From Thermoanaerobaculia bacterium (GTDB lineage Bacteria; Acidobacteriota; Thermoanaerobaculia; Multivoradales; JAGPDF01), in NCBI GenBank assembly GCA_039929145.1, contig JBDSRU010000333.1:1-26070 (forward strand): a stretch of 26,070 nucleotides of DNA, in the 5' to 3' direction. A model generated the notes under the pieces. It saw nothing but the letters and a program-made list of their open reading frames with translations, was not told the origin of the DNA and did not search any database. A program made the translations under genes and the position numbers. The stretch's first letter is position 1; each line of letters opens with the position of its first letter. Shown in pieces: positions 1 to 7,046 of this stretch.

Positions 1-599
1 ATGACCCCGGCCGTCGAGACCGTCATCCGGCGCCAGGAGATGCGCTCCGAGAGCAGGCGTAGCGCGCCATGCACCGCGTCGAGATTGAGCAGCGGCTCGC
101 CCATGCCCATGAAGACCAGGTTCAGGCTCTCGGGAAGCTCGCGGAGCTTGCGCACGAGCATCACCTGACCGACGATTTCGCCAGCCGAGAGATTCCTGCC
201 CGCGCCCCAGTAGCCGGTCACGCAGAAAGCGCAGGCGAGGCCGCACCCGGCCTGGCTGGAGATACAGAGCGTCCGTCGCGTGGTCTCGGGAATGTCGACG
301 GTTTCGATCGAGGCGCCGTCGTGCAGGCGAAGCAGGAACTTCGTCGTGCCGTCGGCGGACTCCTGCTCGGTGGCGACGGCGGGAAGGCCGAGCGAAAAGC
401 GCGCGGCCAGGTCGCGGCGCAGGGCGAGCGAGAGATTGGTCATCGCGTTGAAGTCGGTGATGCCGCGCAGATAGATGGCGTCGTAGATCTGGTCGATCTG
501 GAACGGGCGCGTCACGATCGCACCCAGGCGTTCGGCAAGCGCGGCTCGATCGAGACCGACGAGCGGATCGGGAGCGGGCAAGACAGTGGGGAGCATCAT
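1..599 (-). CDS. rlmN: 23S rRNA (adenine2503-C2)/tRNA methyltransferase RlmN, radical SAM; 5' part only, runs off the window edge
   Basis: Not in the ORF track. Manual minus-strand translation from ATG at 599 (or 596): MMLPTVLPAPDPLVGLDRAALAERL...SADGTTKFLLRLHDGASIETVDIP...TLCISSQAGCGLACAFCVTG...RNLSAGEIVGQV...NLVFMGMGEPLLN...RRMTVSTAGV. Contains the CxxxCxxC and MGMGEP motifs of RlmN. Confidence 0.95.
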   Translation of the reverse strand, partial: MMLPTVLPAPDPLVGLDRAALAERLGAIVTRPFQIDQIYDAIYLRGITDFNAMTNLSLALRRDLAARFSLGLPAVATEQESADGTTKFLLRLHDGASIETVDIPETTRRTLCISSQAGCGLACAFCVTGYWGAGRNLSAGEIVGQVMLVRKLRELPESLNLVFMGMGEPLLNLDAVHGALRLLSERISWRRMTVSTAGV

Positions 600-606
600 G
601 TTGCCG

Positions 607-900
607 CTACTTTCGGGCACGGCTCTTGCGCGTGGGATCGATTCCGAGTGCCCTCAACAGGGTGAGATCGTCGCTGTTGATCCGGAATGCAGGTTCCAGC
701 GGGCGGCCTTCGCTGCGCGGCCGCTCCGGACGCGCCGACGAGTCTCCATCGCCCGTCGGTTGGCAATCGAGGAACAGCTGCAGCGTATAGCCTTCTCGAT
801 GCATCCGGTTCAACGTGCGATGCACCTCCGCCGACTCCGAGATGGCCTCGAGCAGGGCGCGCTCCAGATCGCGCATGAAGGTGCGGCGTCTTTCGTCCAT
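607..900 (-). CDS. Small hypothetical protein (97 aa)
   Basis: ATG start with GAGGA upstream. Protein-like composition: N-terminal helix (MDERRRTFMRDLERALLEAISES), a GYTLQLFL strand and a C-terminal FRINSDDLTLLRALGI motif. Ends 7 nt before the rlmN start. Confidence 0.75.
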   Translation of the reverse strand: MDERRRTFMRDLERALLEAISESAEVHRTLNRMHREGYTLQLFLDCQPTGDGDSSARPERPRSEGRPLEPAFRINSDDLTLLRALGIDPTRKSRARK

Positions 901-931
901 TGAGTGCCAGATCCTCGTCGAGGCGGGTTGG

Positions 932-961
932 ATTATCGGGCGCGTTCGAAAGCGCTGTCAA
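932..961 (-). promoter_or_regulatory. sigma-70-type promoter for the small gene and rlmN
   Basis: Minus strand TTGACA (961-956), 18-nt spacer, GATAAT (937-932). Confidence 0.7.
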
Positions 962-972
962 ACGGATGCTTG

Positions 973-981
973 TGCTACTTT
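973..981 (+). promoter_or_regulatory. Extended -10 element (TGn-TACTTT), 8 nt before GTG 990
   Basis: TG-C-TACTTT matches TGnTANNNT; no Shine-Dalgarno before GTG 990. Confidence 0.45.
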
Positions 982-989
982 CGGGCGCT

Positions 990-1955
990 GTGATCACGAC
1001 GGATCTCGAGAGTTGGCTCGCCGGATTGGGAATCGGATTCGCCACGCCTGCGGCGCTCGCCGGCGACCTCTCGCAGCGCCGTTACTTCAGGGTCGTTCTC
1101 GACGACGGAATGCAGGTTCTCGCGGCCTACTATCCGGAGAGTCTGCGCCCGGCGATGGCGCGGTTCGTAGGTGCGCGATCGCTCCTGGCCGATGCCGGCG
1201 TGCGCGTGCCGGAGATTCGTCAGTGGAGCTCGGAGCGCGGCTGGATGCTGGTCGAGGACCTTGGCACCGCGACGCTGTTCGAACAAGCCGACCTCCCGCC
1301 GCAGCAAAGGGTGGCTCGATTTCTCACAAGTGTAGAAAGCGCCGGCAGGATCGCCGGCCTGGACGCCGAAGAAGTGGCGCGCCTCGGGAGCCCAGCACTC
1401 GATGAAGCCCTGCTGCGCCGGGAGCTCGAGCCGACGATCGAGTTCTTGCTCGATCCGCGCGGTCTCGCCGCTCTCCCCGCGAGGCGCCGGGAGTTGCTGG
1501 CGGCTCTCGATGAGCTCTGTTCGCGTCTCGGCGGGGGGCGTCTCGTGCCTTGTCATCGCGACTTCATGGCGCGCAACCTCATCCCGCGTGACGAAGGAAT
1601 CGCTGTGATCGATTTTCAGGACCTGCGACTGGGGCCGCCGGCCTACGACATCGCGTCGCTGCTCAACGACAGCTTCTTTCCCGAGCGCGCGCTCGAAGAG
1701 GTGCTGCTGCCCGACAGATGGCGCACAGGCACCGTTGCCGAGGAGTATTCGCGCGCCGTGGTGCAACGGACTCTCAAGGCGAGCGGAACCTTCGCGCGCT
1801 TCGCGGTGCAAGGCAATCCGCGTCATGTACCGCTGATCGCGCCGACGCTGGCGCGGGCTGCGCGACATCTCGAGAGTCTGCCCGAGACGAAGGCGGTCTT
1901 CGGCGCCCTCCGCGGTTGGTGGCGCGCGCAGCTCACCGGGCCGGCCATCTGCTAA
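990..1955 (+). CDS. Aminoglycoside-phosphotransferase-family kinase, AmgK-like (possible anomeric MurNAc/GlcNAc kinase)
   Basis: Motifs AGDLSQRRYFRV, MLVEDLG, CHRDFMARNLI, VIDFQD and GPPAYDIASLL are typical of the AmgK/APH group. Start is uncertain: GTG 990 preferred, ATG 966 possible. Confidence 0.8.
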   Translation: MITTDLESWLAGLGIGFATPAALAGDLSQRRYFRVVLDDGMQVLAAYYPESLRPAMARFVGARSLLADAGVRVPEIRQWSSERGWMLVEDLGTATLFEQADLPPQQRVARFLTSVESAGRIAGLDAEEVARLGSPALDEALLRRELEPTIEFLLDPRGLAALPARRRELLAALDELCSRLGGGRLVPCHRDFMARNLIPRDEGIAVIDFQDLRLGPPAYDIASLLNDSFFPERALEEVLLPDRWRTGTVAEEYSRAVVQRTLKASGTFARFAVQGNPRHVPLIAPTLARAARHLESLPETKAVFGALRGWWRAQLTGPAIC

Positions 1956-1958
1956 AGT
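1950..1958 (+). promoter_or_regulatory. Extended -10 element (TGn-TAAAGT) probably serving tatA
   Basis: TG-C-TAAAGT overlaps the TAA stop of the upstream kinase, 65 nt before the tatA ATG. Confidence 0.4.
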
Positions 1959-2023
1959 GAAAGCAGTCGACCGGTGCGCGACGAACATTTCGTCGCATGC
2001 GCGGCCTCGAGGAGGTTCCCGCG

Positions 2024-2197
2024 ATGGGATCGCTCGGAGTACCGGAGTTGCTGGTGATTTTCATCATCCTCGTGTTGTTGTTCGGCGCCTCGAAGATCCC
2101 CCAGCTGGGCAAGGGGTTCGGTGAGGCGATTCGCAACTTCAAGAAGGGGCTCAAGGACGACGACGGCAACGACTCCGAGACCGAGAAGCGGGCCTAG
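2024..2197 (+). CDS. tatA: Twin-arginine translocase subunit TatA/E (57 aa)
   Basis: [41 protein letters not shown]: TM helix, FG hinge, amphipathic helix. AGGAGG Shine-Dalgarno at 2010-2015. Confidence 0.95.
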   Translation: MGSLGVPELLVIFIILVLLFGASKIPQLGKGFGEAIRNFKKGLKDDDGNDSETEKRA

Positions 2198-2958
2198 GAG
2201 CCGAGTTGAGCTTCGCCCGGTCGCGGTGAAATTCCGCTGGCGGAGGAGTTGGTTGACCTCTGCACCGGCACCGCGGCACCGGCTTCTCGTTGGCGTTCAC
2301 TGTAGAGCCTGAGCACCCGGCCGATATAGGCCTGGGTTTCGCGGTACGGCGGTACCCCTCCGAAACGATCGATCGTCCCGGGACCCGCGTGATAGGCGGC
2401 GAGCGCGAGCTCCAGGTCGCCGTCGTAGCGCTTGCGCAGGTCGCGCAGGTAGCGTGCTCCCAGATTGAGATTCACCGCCGGATCCAGCGGGTCGATGGGC
2501 ACGACCGTCGGGTCCGCGGCCGCGAAGTGCAGCGGCATGAGCTGCATCAGGCCGAGCGCGCCCTTGTTCGAAACCGCGTTGGGCCGGAAACCCGATTCGG
2601 CCTCGACGATCGAAGCGAGCAGCAGCGAATCGACACCGTAGCGCTGCGCCGCGCCGCGAATCTCGCGTGCGAACGGCAGGCTCTCGAGGTAGCGGTCGTT
2701 GGGCAGAAGCTTGACCTCGCCGCGCGCGCTGGCCCGGAACGGAACGGGATTCGAGGCGAGGACGAGCGCGGCCTGCGGAATCTCGAGGTCGAGGCCGGAG
2801 CGCTTGGCGAAGATCTGGTCGAGCTCGAGCGAGAATCCGCTCGGGGGCGCCACGACCGACGGCAGGCTGGAGGTCGAAGTCAGGAAAAGCAGCGTGATCG
2901 AAGCGCTGGCGCTCCAGATCAGGCGTCGGGTCAGGCGTTGGAATGGTGCGGTGGGCAT
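2194..2958 (-). CDS. Lytic transglycosylase, SLT domain (254 aa), with N-terminal signal/anchor
   Basis: [25 protein letters not shown] (catalytic Glu, GLMQ), [17 protein letters not shown] and ETQAYIGRV motifs. GGAGG before ATG 2958. Confidence 0.92.
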   Translation of the reverse strand: MPTAPFQRLTRRLIWSASASITLLFLTSTSSLPSVVAPPSGFSLELDQIFAKRSGLDLEIPQAALVLASNPVPFRASARGEVKLLPNDRYLESLPFAREIRGAAQRYGVDSLLLASIVEAESGFRPNAVSNKGALGLMQLMPLHFAAADPTVVPIDPLDPAVNLNLGARYLRDLRKRYDGDLELALAAYHAGPGTIDRFGGVPPYRETQAYIGRVLRLYSERQREAGAAVPVQRSTNSSASGISPRPGEAQLGS

Positions 2959-3020
2959 GAGTCGCCTCCGTACGGAACGGGCGTTGGCGGCCGGGAATGG
3001 TCGCAAATGAGCCGCTTCCC

Positions 3021-3037
3021 TGCAAGGGAGCTGCCGG
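3021..3037 (-). promoter_or_regulatory. Candidate sigma-54 (-24/-12) promoter of the lytic transglycosylase
   Basis: Minus strand CCGGCAGCTCCCTTGCA = GG-N10-GC with GGCA and TTGCA intact (consensus TGGCAC-N5-TTGCW), about 60 nt before the ATG. Confidence 0.55.
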
Positions 3038-3078
3038 ACTTCAGAGTGTGGGTTTGGGTTTTTTTCGGGTGCTTCGGG

Positions 3079-3360
3079 TCAGACCTTGGGGAACTGCCGC
3101 CGCAAGCCGACGCGGGGAGCAGCTGCTTTCCCCTTGCCTTCGATGCCGCTGATGCCCAAGTGAGAAACCTTGTTGCGCAGGGTGTTGCGATGGACTCCCA
3201 AACTGCGAGCCGAGCGACAGTAGTTCCAGTCGTTGGATCGCAAGGAGGCCGTAATGAACTGCCGTTCGAACTCTTGACGAGCCTGCTCAAGGGTCAAACC
3301 CTGGCTGACGAGCTCGTCGACGATCTGATTCAGTCTGCCGTTGTAATTTTGTCGGTTCAC
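3079..3360 (-). CDS. Stand-alone Fis-type (HTH_8) DNA-binding protein (93 aa)
   Basis: EFERQFITASLRSNDWNYCRSARSLGVHRNTLRNKV matches the Fis/NtrC C-terminal HTH pattern. GTG start preceded by AGGGTG. Confidence 0.85.
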   Translation of the reverse strand: MNRQNYNGRLNQIVDELVSQGLTLEQARQEFERQFITASLRSNDWNYCRSARSLGVHRNTLRNKVSHLGISGIEGKGKAAAPRVGLRRQFPKV

Positions 3361-3396
3361 AGCGGATTCACCCTGCTAGACGAGGAAATCTATCGC

Positions 3397-3449
3397 AAAA
3401 AGGGCCGGCGTGCAACCCGACGCAGCGAAGCCGCGACGGGTTGCACCGG
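3397..3449 (-). terminator. Probable intrinsic terminator after the LysM gene
   Basis: 10-bp perfect inverted repeat GTGCAACCCG (3410-3419) / CGGGTTGCAC (3437-3446) with an inner stem. A T5 run follows on the minus strand (3401-3397), 8 nt from the perfect stem. Confidence 0.6.
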
Positions 3450-3450
3450 G

Positions 3451-4671
3451 TCACTTGCGCTCGAGCCGGTCGCCCACGTACACCGGGTACCGCGACTCGA
3501 GAATCTTCGCGACCGCCGTGTGAGCCTGGACCGACAGCACGGCGAGCTCGCCCAGGACCACGGGCGGCGCTGCCGGGCGGTTCATGCGGTAGATCGTGAA
3601 GATGTCGCCAGGCAGAACCTCGTCGTCCTCGCCACGATCGATGAACACGACATGATCCTGACCCAGGGAGACGAGTTCGACCGGCGATGAGACGATCACC
3701 GCCGCAGTCGAGAGCTCCTCGACGGTGGCCGGTTCGGTCGTCGGCCGAACGAGGCCGCGACGGGCGAGCGGAATCGGCTCCTGCTCGAACGGCTTGAGCC
3801 TCATTCCGACCGAGATGCCGTCGCAGCTCTGCACGATCTCCGCGATCGCCGACTCTTCCTGCACCGAGAGCACGCGCACTCGCCCGGTGTAGTTGTACTG
3901 CCTGCCGAGCGCTTCGTTCGAGACCGGATGACGGACGATCCTGCCGCCCGCCACCGCGGTAAACAGCATTCCAGGAGAGAGGCCGGCGGCCCGGCCGCCA
4001 TCGAGGTAGACGATGTCGCCGGTGGTCAGCTTGTACTTGACTGCGTCCACGGTGCCGAAGATCCCCTCCACCTGGCCGTAGACCGGGTTCTTGAGCTGCG
4101 GCGAGAGGACATCGTACTCCGAGCCGATCACTGAATAGCCGAAGGCCTCGTCCGGTGCTCCGATGTAGCCGGAGCAATAGATGTCGTCCTGGGTTCCGAG
4201 CGGCACCGGAACGCTGCCTTTGCCAGCCGGAGCGACGCCGGGAAAGGGGCCTGTCGCGTCCGCTGCGATCACCGGCTCGCCTGCGCTGCCGTCATCCATA
4301 CCGCCCGTGACGTCCTCGGTGCCTTCGTCGCCGGTCGCTCCGACTGTGGTCGGGGGTGCGACCTGGAGGTCGAGAATCAGCGGGTCTCCGGGGTAGATCC
4401 AGTGTGCGTCGCGCACGTACTGGTTCTTCTCCCAGAGCTGGGGCCAGAGATAAGGGTTGTTGAGGTTCGTCCTCGCCAGATCCCAGAAGGTGTCGCCGGG
4501 TACGACGATGTGAACGTTGGCGCCTTCGGGCGGGGTCGGTGGATCCCAGGCCGTCCAGTGACCGTCCACCTTGTGAAGCGTGGTCGGCGGTGTGTCCGCC
4601 GCCTGCAGGGCGGCGCCAGCGAATAGGGCACAGCCGAGCAGCGCGAATACCTTGAGATGGCGGGTTGCCAT
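3451..4671 (-). CDS. Exported LysM peptidoglycan-binding protein, TsaP-like, with two FlgT-C-like beta modules (406 aa)
   Basis: Signal peptide MATRHLKVFALLGCALFAGAALQA; LysM HIVVPGDTFWDLARTNLNNPYLWPQLWEKNQYVRDAHWIYPGDPL; acidic linker; duplicated C-terminal module. GGAGG before ATG 4671. Confidence 0.8.
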   Translation of the reverse strand: MATRHLKVFALLGCALFAGAALQAADTPPTTLHKVDGHWTAWDPPTPPEGANVHIVVPGDTFWDLARTNLNNPYLWPQLWEKNQYVRDAHWIYPGDPLILDLQVAPPTTVGATGDEGTEDVTGGMDDGSAGEPVIAADATGPFPGVAPAGKGSVPVPLGTQDDIYCSGYIGAPDEAFGYSVIGSEYDVLSPQLKNPVYGQVEGIFGTVDAVKYKLTTGDIVYLDGGRAAGLSPGMLFTAVAGGRIVRHPVSNEALGRQYNYTGRVRVLSVQEESAIAEIVQSCDGISVGMRLKPFEQEPIPLARRGLVRPTTEPATVEELSTAAVIVSSPVELVSLGQDHVVFIDRGEDDEVLPGDIFTIYRMNRPAAPPVVLGELAVLSVQAHTAVAKILESRYPVYVGDRLERK

Positions 4672-4728
4672 GATTCGACCTCCAGAAGCCGTTTCTATCT
4701 GGCGCTTACCGTCTTGAACTTGCCTCGA

Positions 4729-4757
4729 AGGGTACTCGCGGGTGTGCACAGTGTCAA
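4729..4757 (-). promoter_or_regulatory. sigma-70-type promoter for the LysM gene
   Basis: Minus strand TTGACA (4757-4752), 17-nt spacer, TACCCT (4734-4729). Confidence 0.7.
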
Positions 4758-4837
4758 GTGCTTATTCCACGGAACCCACGCATCCGCTTGAGGTTAGCGG
4801 TGCGCTGAAATGGCACTCCCAGTGCCCCGGATTCCGG

Positions 4838-5617
4838 CTAGGGGGCGCCCAGGCGCTGACGCGCGGTCTCGGCAGCAGTGCTTTCTGGAAAACGCGACAG
4901 GAGCTCGCGATAGACCGTGGCCGCCGAGTCGGGCTCGCCGAGCGTAGCCAGGCAATAGCCGACCTTGAGCAGCGCGTCCGGCACCTTGTTCGCCTCCGGG
5001 TAGTTCTCGACGACGGCCCGGAAACCGGCCAAAGCGCTCGCGACGTCCGTCTGGCGCAGCGCTGATTCGGCGAGCCAGAACTGTGCGTTGTCGGCGAGGT
5101 CGGAGCCTGGATTCTCCGCCAGAAAACGGCGGAACCCCTCTTCGGCCTCGAGAAGACGTTGCTGGTCGAGCAGCTGCAGACTCTGTTCGTACAGTTCTCG
5201 GGGTCCCGCACCCGCACCGAGGGTGGGTTCGCCCGGAAGAGGATCCGGAGTCGGCTCAGGTTCGTCGAGGTCGCTTTGTTCGATCTCCGCGCGTTGTTTC
5301 GGCGCCGCCACAGGTTCCTGGGACCTGGTGGCCCGAGCTCCGCCGTCGGCCATGGGCGACAGGGCTTCGGGGGGCGAAGCGGCGCTACGCAACTGCGCGA
5401 TCTCGCGTTCGAGCGCCTGGGCGCGGGCCTCCGCAGTGGCGGAGCGCTCTTCGGCGGCGGCGAGCGCGGCCTCCAGGCGGAGGGCTCGTTCGCGCAGCTC
5501 GTTCGCCTCGGCGATGCGCCTGTCTTCCGGGCTCCAGTAGGGGGCGCTGCTGGCGCAGCCGCCTGCGAGCAATAGAGGCAGGCAGAGCGCGAGGGCGCGG
5601 AAGAGGCGTCTCGGCAT
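4838..5617 (-). CDS. cpoB: CpoB/YbgF-like coiled-coil plus TPR protein, predicted lipoprotein (259 aa)
   Basis: Only the C-terminal part of the 713-aa track ORF is credible. Start MPRRLFRALALCLPLLLAGGC (lipobox), coiled coil, then TPRs with NPGSDLADNAQFWLAES and NYPEANKVPDALLKVG, typical of YbgF. Confidence 0.82.
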   Translation of the reverse strand: MPRRLFRALALCLPLLLAGGCASSAPYWSPEDRRIAEANELRERALRLEAALAAAEERSATAEARAQALEREIAQLRSAASPPEALSPMADGGARATRSQEPVAAPKQRAEIEQSDLDEPEPTPDPLPGEPTLGAGAGPRELYEQSLQLLDQQRLLEAEEGFRRFLAENPGSDLADNAQFWLAESALRQTDVASALAGFRAVVENYPEANKVPDALLKVGYCLATLGEPDSAATVYRELLSRFPESTAAETARQRLGAP

Positions 5618-5619
5618 GC

Positions 5620-6387
5620 TCAGCTCTCGCCGGGAATCTTGCGCAGGTAACGGCTCTCGGGATGTTCTTCCCGCAAGCGGGCGAAGGTCGCCTGGGCGTC
5701 TTCCGGGCGGGCGAGGTCGACGTAGGCGCGGCCGAGGAAGAAGAGCGCGGCTTCCTTGCCGGTGTAGTTCGGATAGTTCTTGAGCAGACCCTCGATCCGC
5801 GTGGCAGCGGCTCCGGGCACGCCGTAGCGCTGGTAAAACCGCCCGACGACGAACTCGTGCTCCGCCAGGCGGTTGACGACAATTTCGAGCTCCACCCGGG
5901 CCTTTTCGGCGTACTCGCTGGTCGGATAGAGGCGGATGAGATCCTCGAGAGCTTCGCGCGCCTTCACCGTTGCGGCCTGGTCGCGGTCGGCACGTTCGAT
6001 GCGCCGGGCAAGCGAGGCGGCAATCTGGTACTGCACGTAGGCTGCTCGATCGCTGGTCGGGAAGCGGTTCTGGAAGTCGCGGTACTTGGCTTCCGCCTGG
6101 ATGAGGTCGGCTTTGCTGCCGGTGAGCGAGTAGCAGTCGGCGACCATCAGCAGGGATTCGCGTCCGGAGCTGGAGTTGGGCTCGACCTCGAAGGCATGGG
6201 CAAAATAGGGCCGCGCGCGATCGTACTTCTCGAGCGCGAACAGGCGCTTGCCCTCGGCCAGCGATTCGGCCGCCGAGAGGCGGAGAACAGGGTCGTTCTG
6301 GATGTTCGACTTGCAGGAGACGCTCAGGCTCGAGAGTACCGAGACGATGGCCAGCGCCGTGAGTCGGCGGATCAAGATGGATTTCAA
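5620..6387 (-). CDS. bamD: Outer membrane protein assembly lipoprotein BamD
   Basis: Lipobox LSVSC; TPRs with RFPTSDRAAYVQYQIA, DRDQAAT and LYPTSEYAEKAR..NRLAEHEFVVGRFY, characteristic of BamD. TTG start overlaps the rpe stop (TTGA). Confidence 0.88.
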   Translation of the reverse strand: MKSILIRRLTALAIVSVLSSLSVSCKSNIQNDPVLRLSAAESLAEGKRLFALEKYDRARPYFAHAFEVEPNSSSGRESLLMVADCYSLTGSKADLIQAEAKYRDFQNRFPTSDRAAYVQYQIAASLARRIERADRDQAATVKAREALEDLIRLYPTSEYAEKARVELEIVVNRLAEHEFVVGRFYQRYGVPGAAATRIEGLLKNYPNYTGKEAALFFLGRAYVDLARPEDAQATFARLREEHPESRYLRKIPGES

Positions 6388-7046
6388 GCGCTGCCCTCCG
6401 CGAGCTTTCGAAGCTGCTGTTGTGCCGCGACCGGATCGTCGGCGCCGAAAACCGCCGAGCCGGCCACGAGCGTGCGCACGCCGGATTCGACCGCGGAGCG
6501 GATATTTCCCGGTCCGATGCCTCCGTCGATCTCGAGAAACAGGTCGAGGCGGCGCGTCTGGATAGTTGAATGCAAGCGCCGGGCCTTCTCCAACACGTAG
6601 GGCAGAAAGGCCTGGCCGCCGAAGCCCGGATTGACCGACATGAGGAGCACGAAGTCGGCCGCAGGAAGAATATCCGAGAGCAGCTCGACCGGCGTCGCCG
6701 GATTGAGGGCGATGCCCGCCTTGGCGCCGCCCTCCCGGATCCGGGCGAGAAGCCGATCGAGGTGGGTCGCAGCTTCCCAGTGCACGCTGACGCGGTTCGC
6801 GCCGGCGGCGAGAAAATCACCCAGGAGCCGGTCGGGATTCGCCACCATGAGGTGCACGTCCAGGGGCAACCGGGTATGCCGACGCAGTGCCGCGACGACC
6901 GGGACGCCGATCGACAGGTTGGGCACGAAGTGACCGTCCATGACGTCGACATGCAGGACGTCGGCACCGCCGGCCTCACAGATCCGGGCGGCGCCCGCTA
7001 GATCCGCGAGATCGGAGGCGAGCAGCGACGGGGCGATTTCGATCAC
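6384..7046 (-). CDS. rpe: Ribulose-phosphate 3-epimerase
   Basis: IAPSLL, HVDVMDGHFVPN, DVHLMV, LMSVNPGFGGQ, EIDGG and VAGSAVF motifs. Confidence 0.97.
   Translation of the reverse strand: MIEIAPSLLASDLADLAGAARICEAGGADVLHVDVMDGHFVPNLSIGVPVVAALRRHTRLPLDVHLMVANPDRLLGDFLAAGANRVSVHWEAATHLDRLLARIREGGAKAGIALNPATPVELLSDILPAADFVLLMSVNPGFGGQAFLPYVLEKARRLHSTIQTRRLDLFLEIDGGIGPGNIRSAVESGVRTLVAGSAVFGADDPVAAQQQLRKLAEGSA

Noticed and set aside
69-665. 198-aa plus-strand ORF at the window start
   Set aside because: It is the antisense shadow of rlmN, whose motifs are clear on the minus strand.
2290-3690. 466-aa plus-strand ORF, and similar long ORFs at 5083-6600, 12284-14089, 17354-19282, 19846-21270, 21529-23550 and 22742-24076
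   Set aside because: They overlap well-supported genes, mostly antisense, show no recognisable motifs, and are expected in high-GC DNA where stop codons are scarce.
4838-6979. 713-aa ORF suggesting a large N-terminal extension or fusion on CpoB
   Set aside because: The upstream 454 codons overlap bamD and rpe in other frames and are Arg/Pro/Ser-rich shadow sequence. A clear lipoprotein start exists at 5617.
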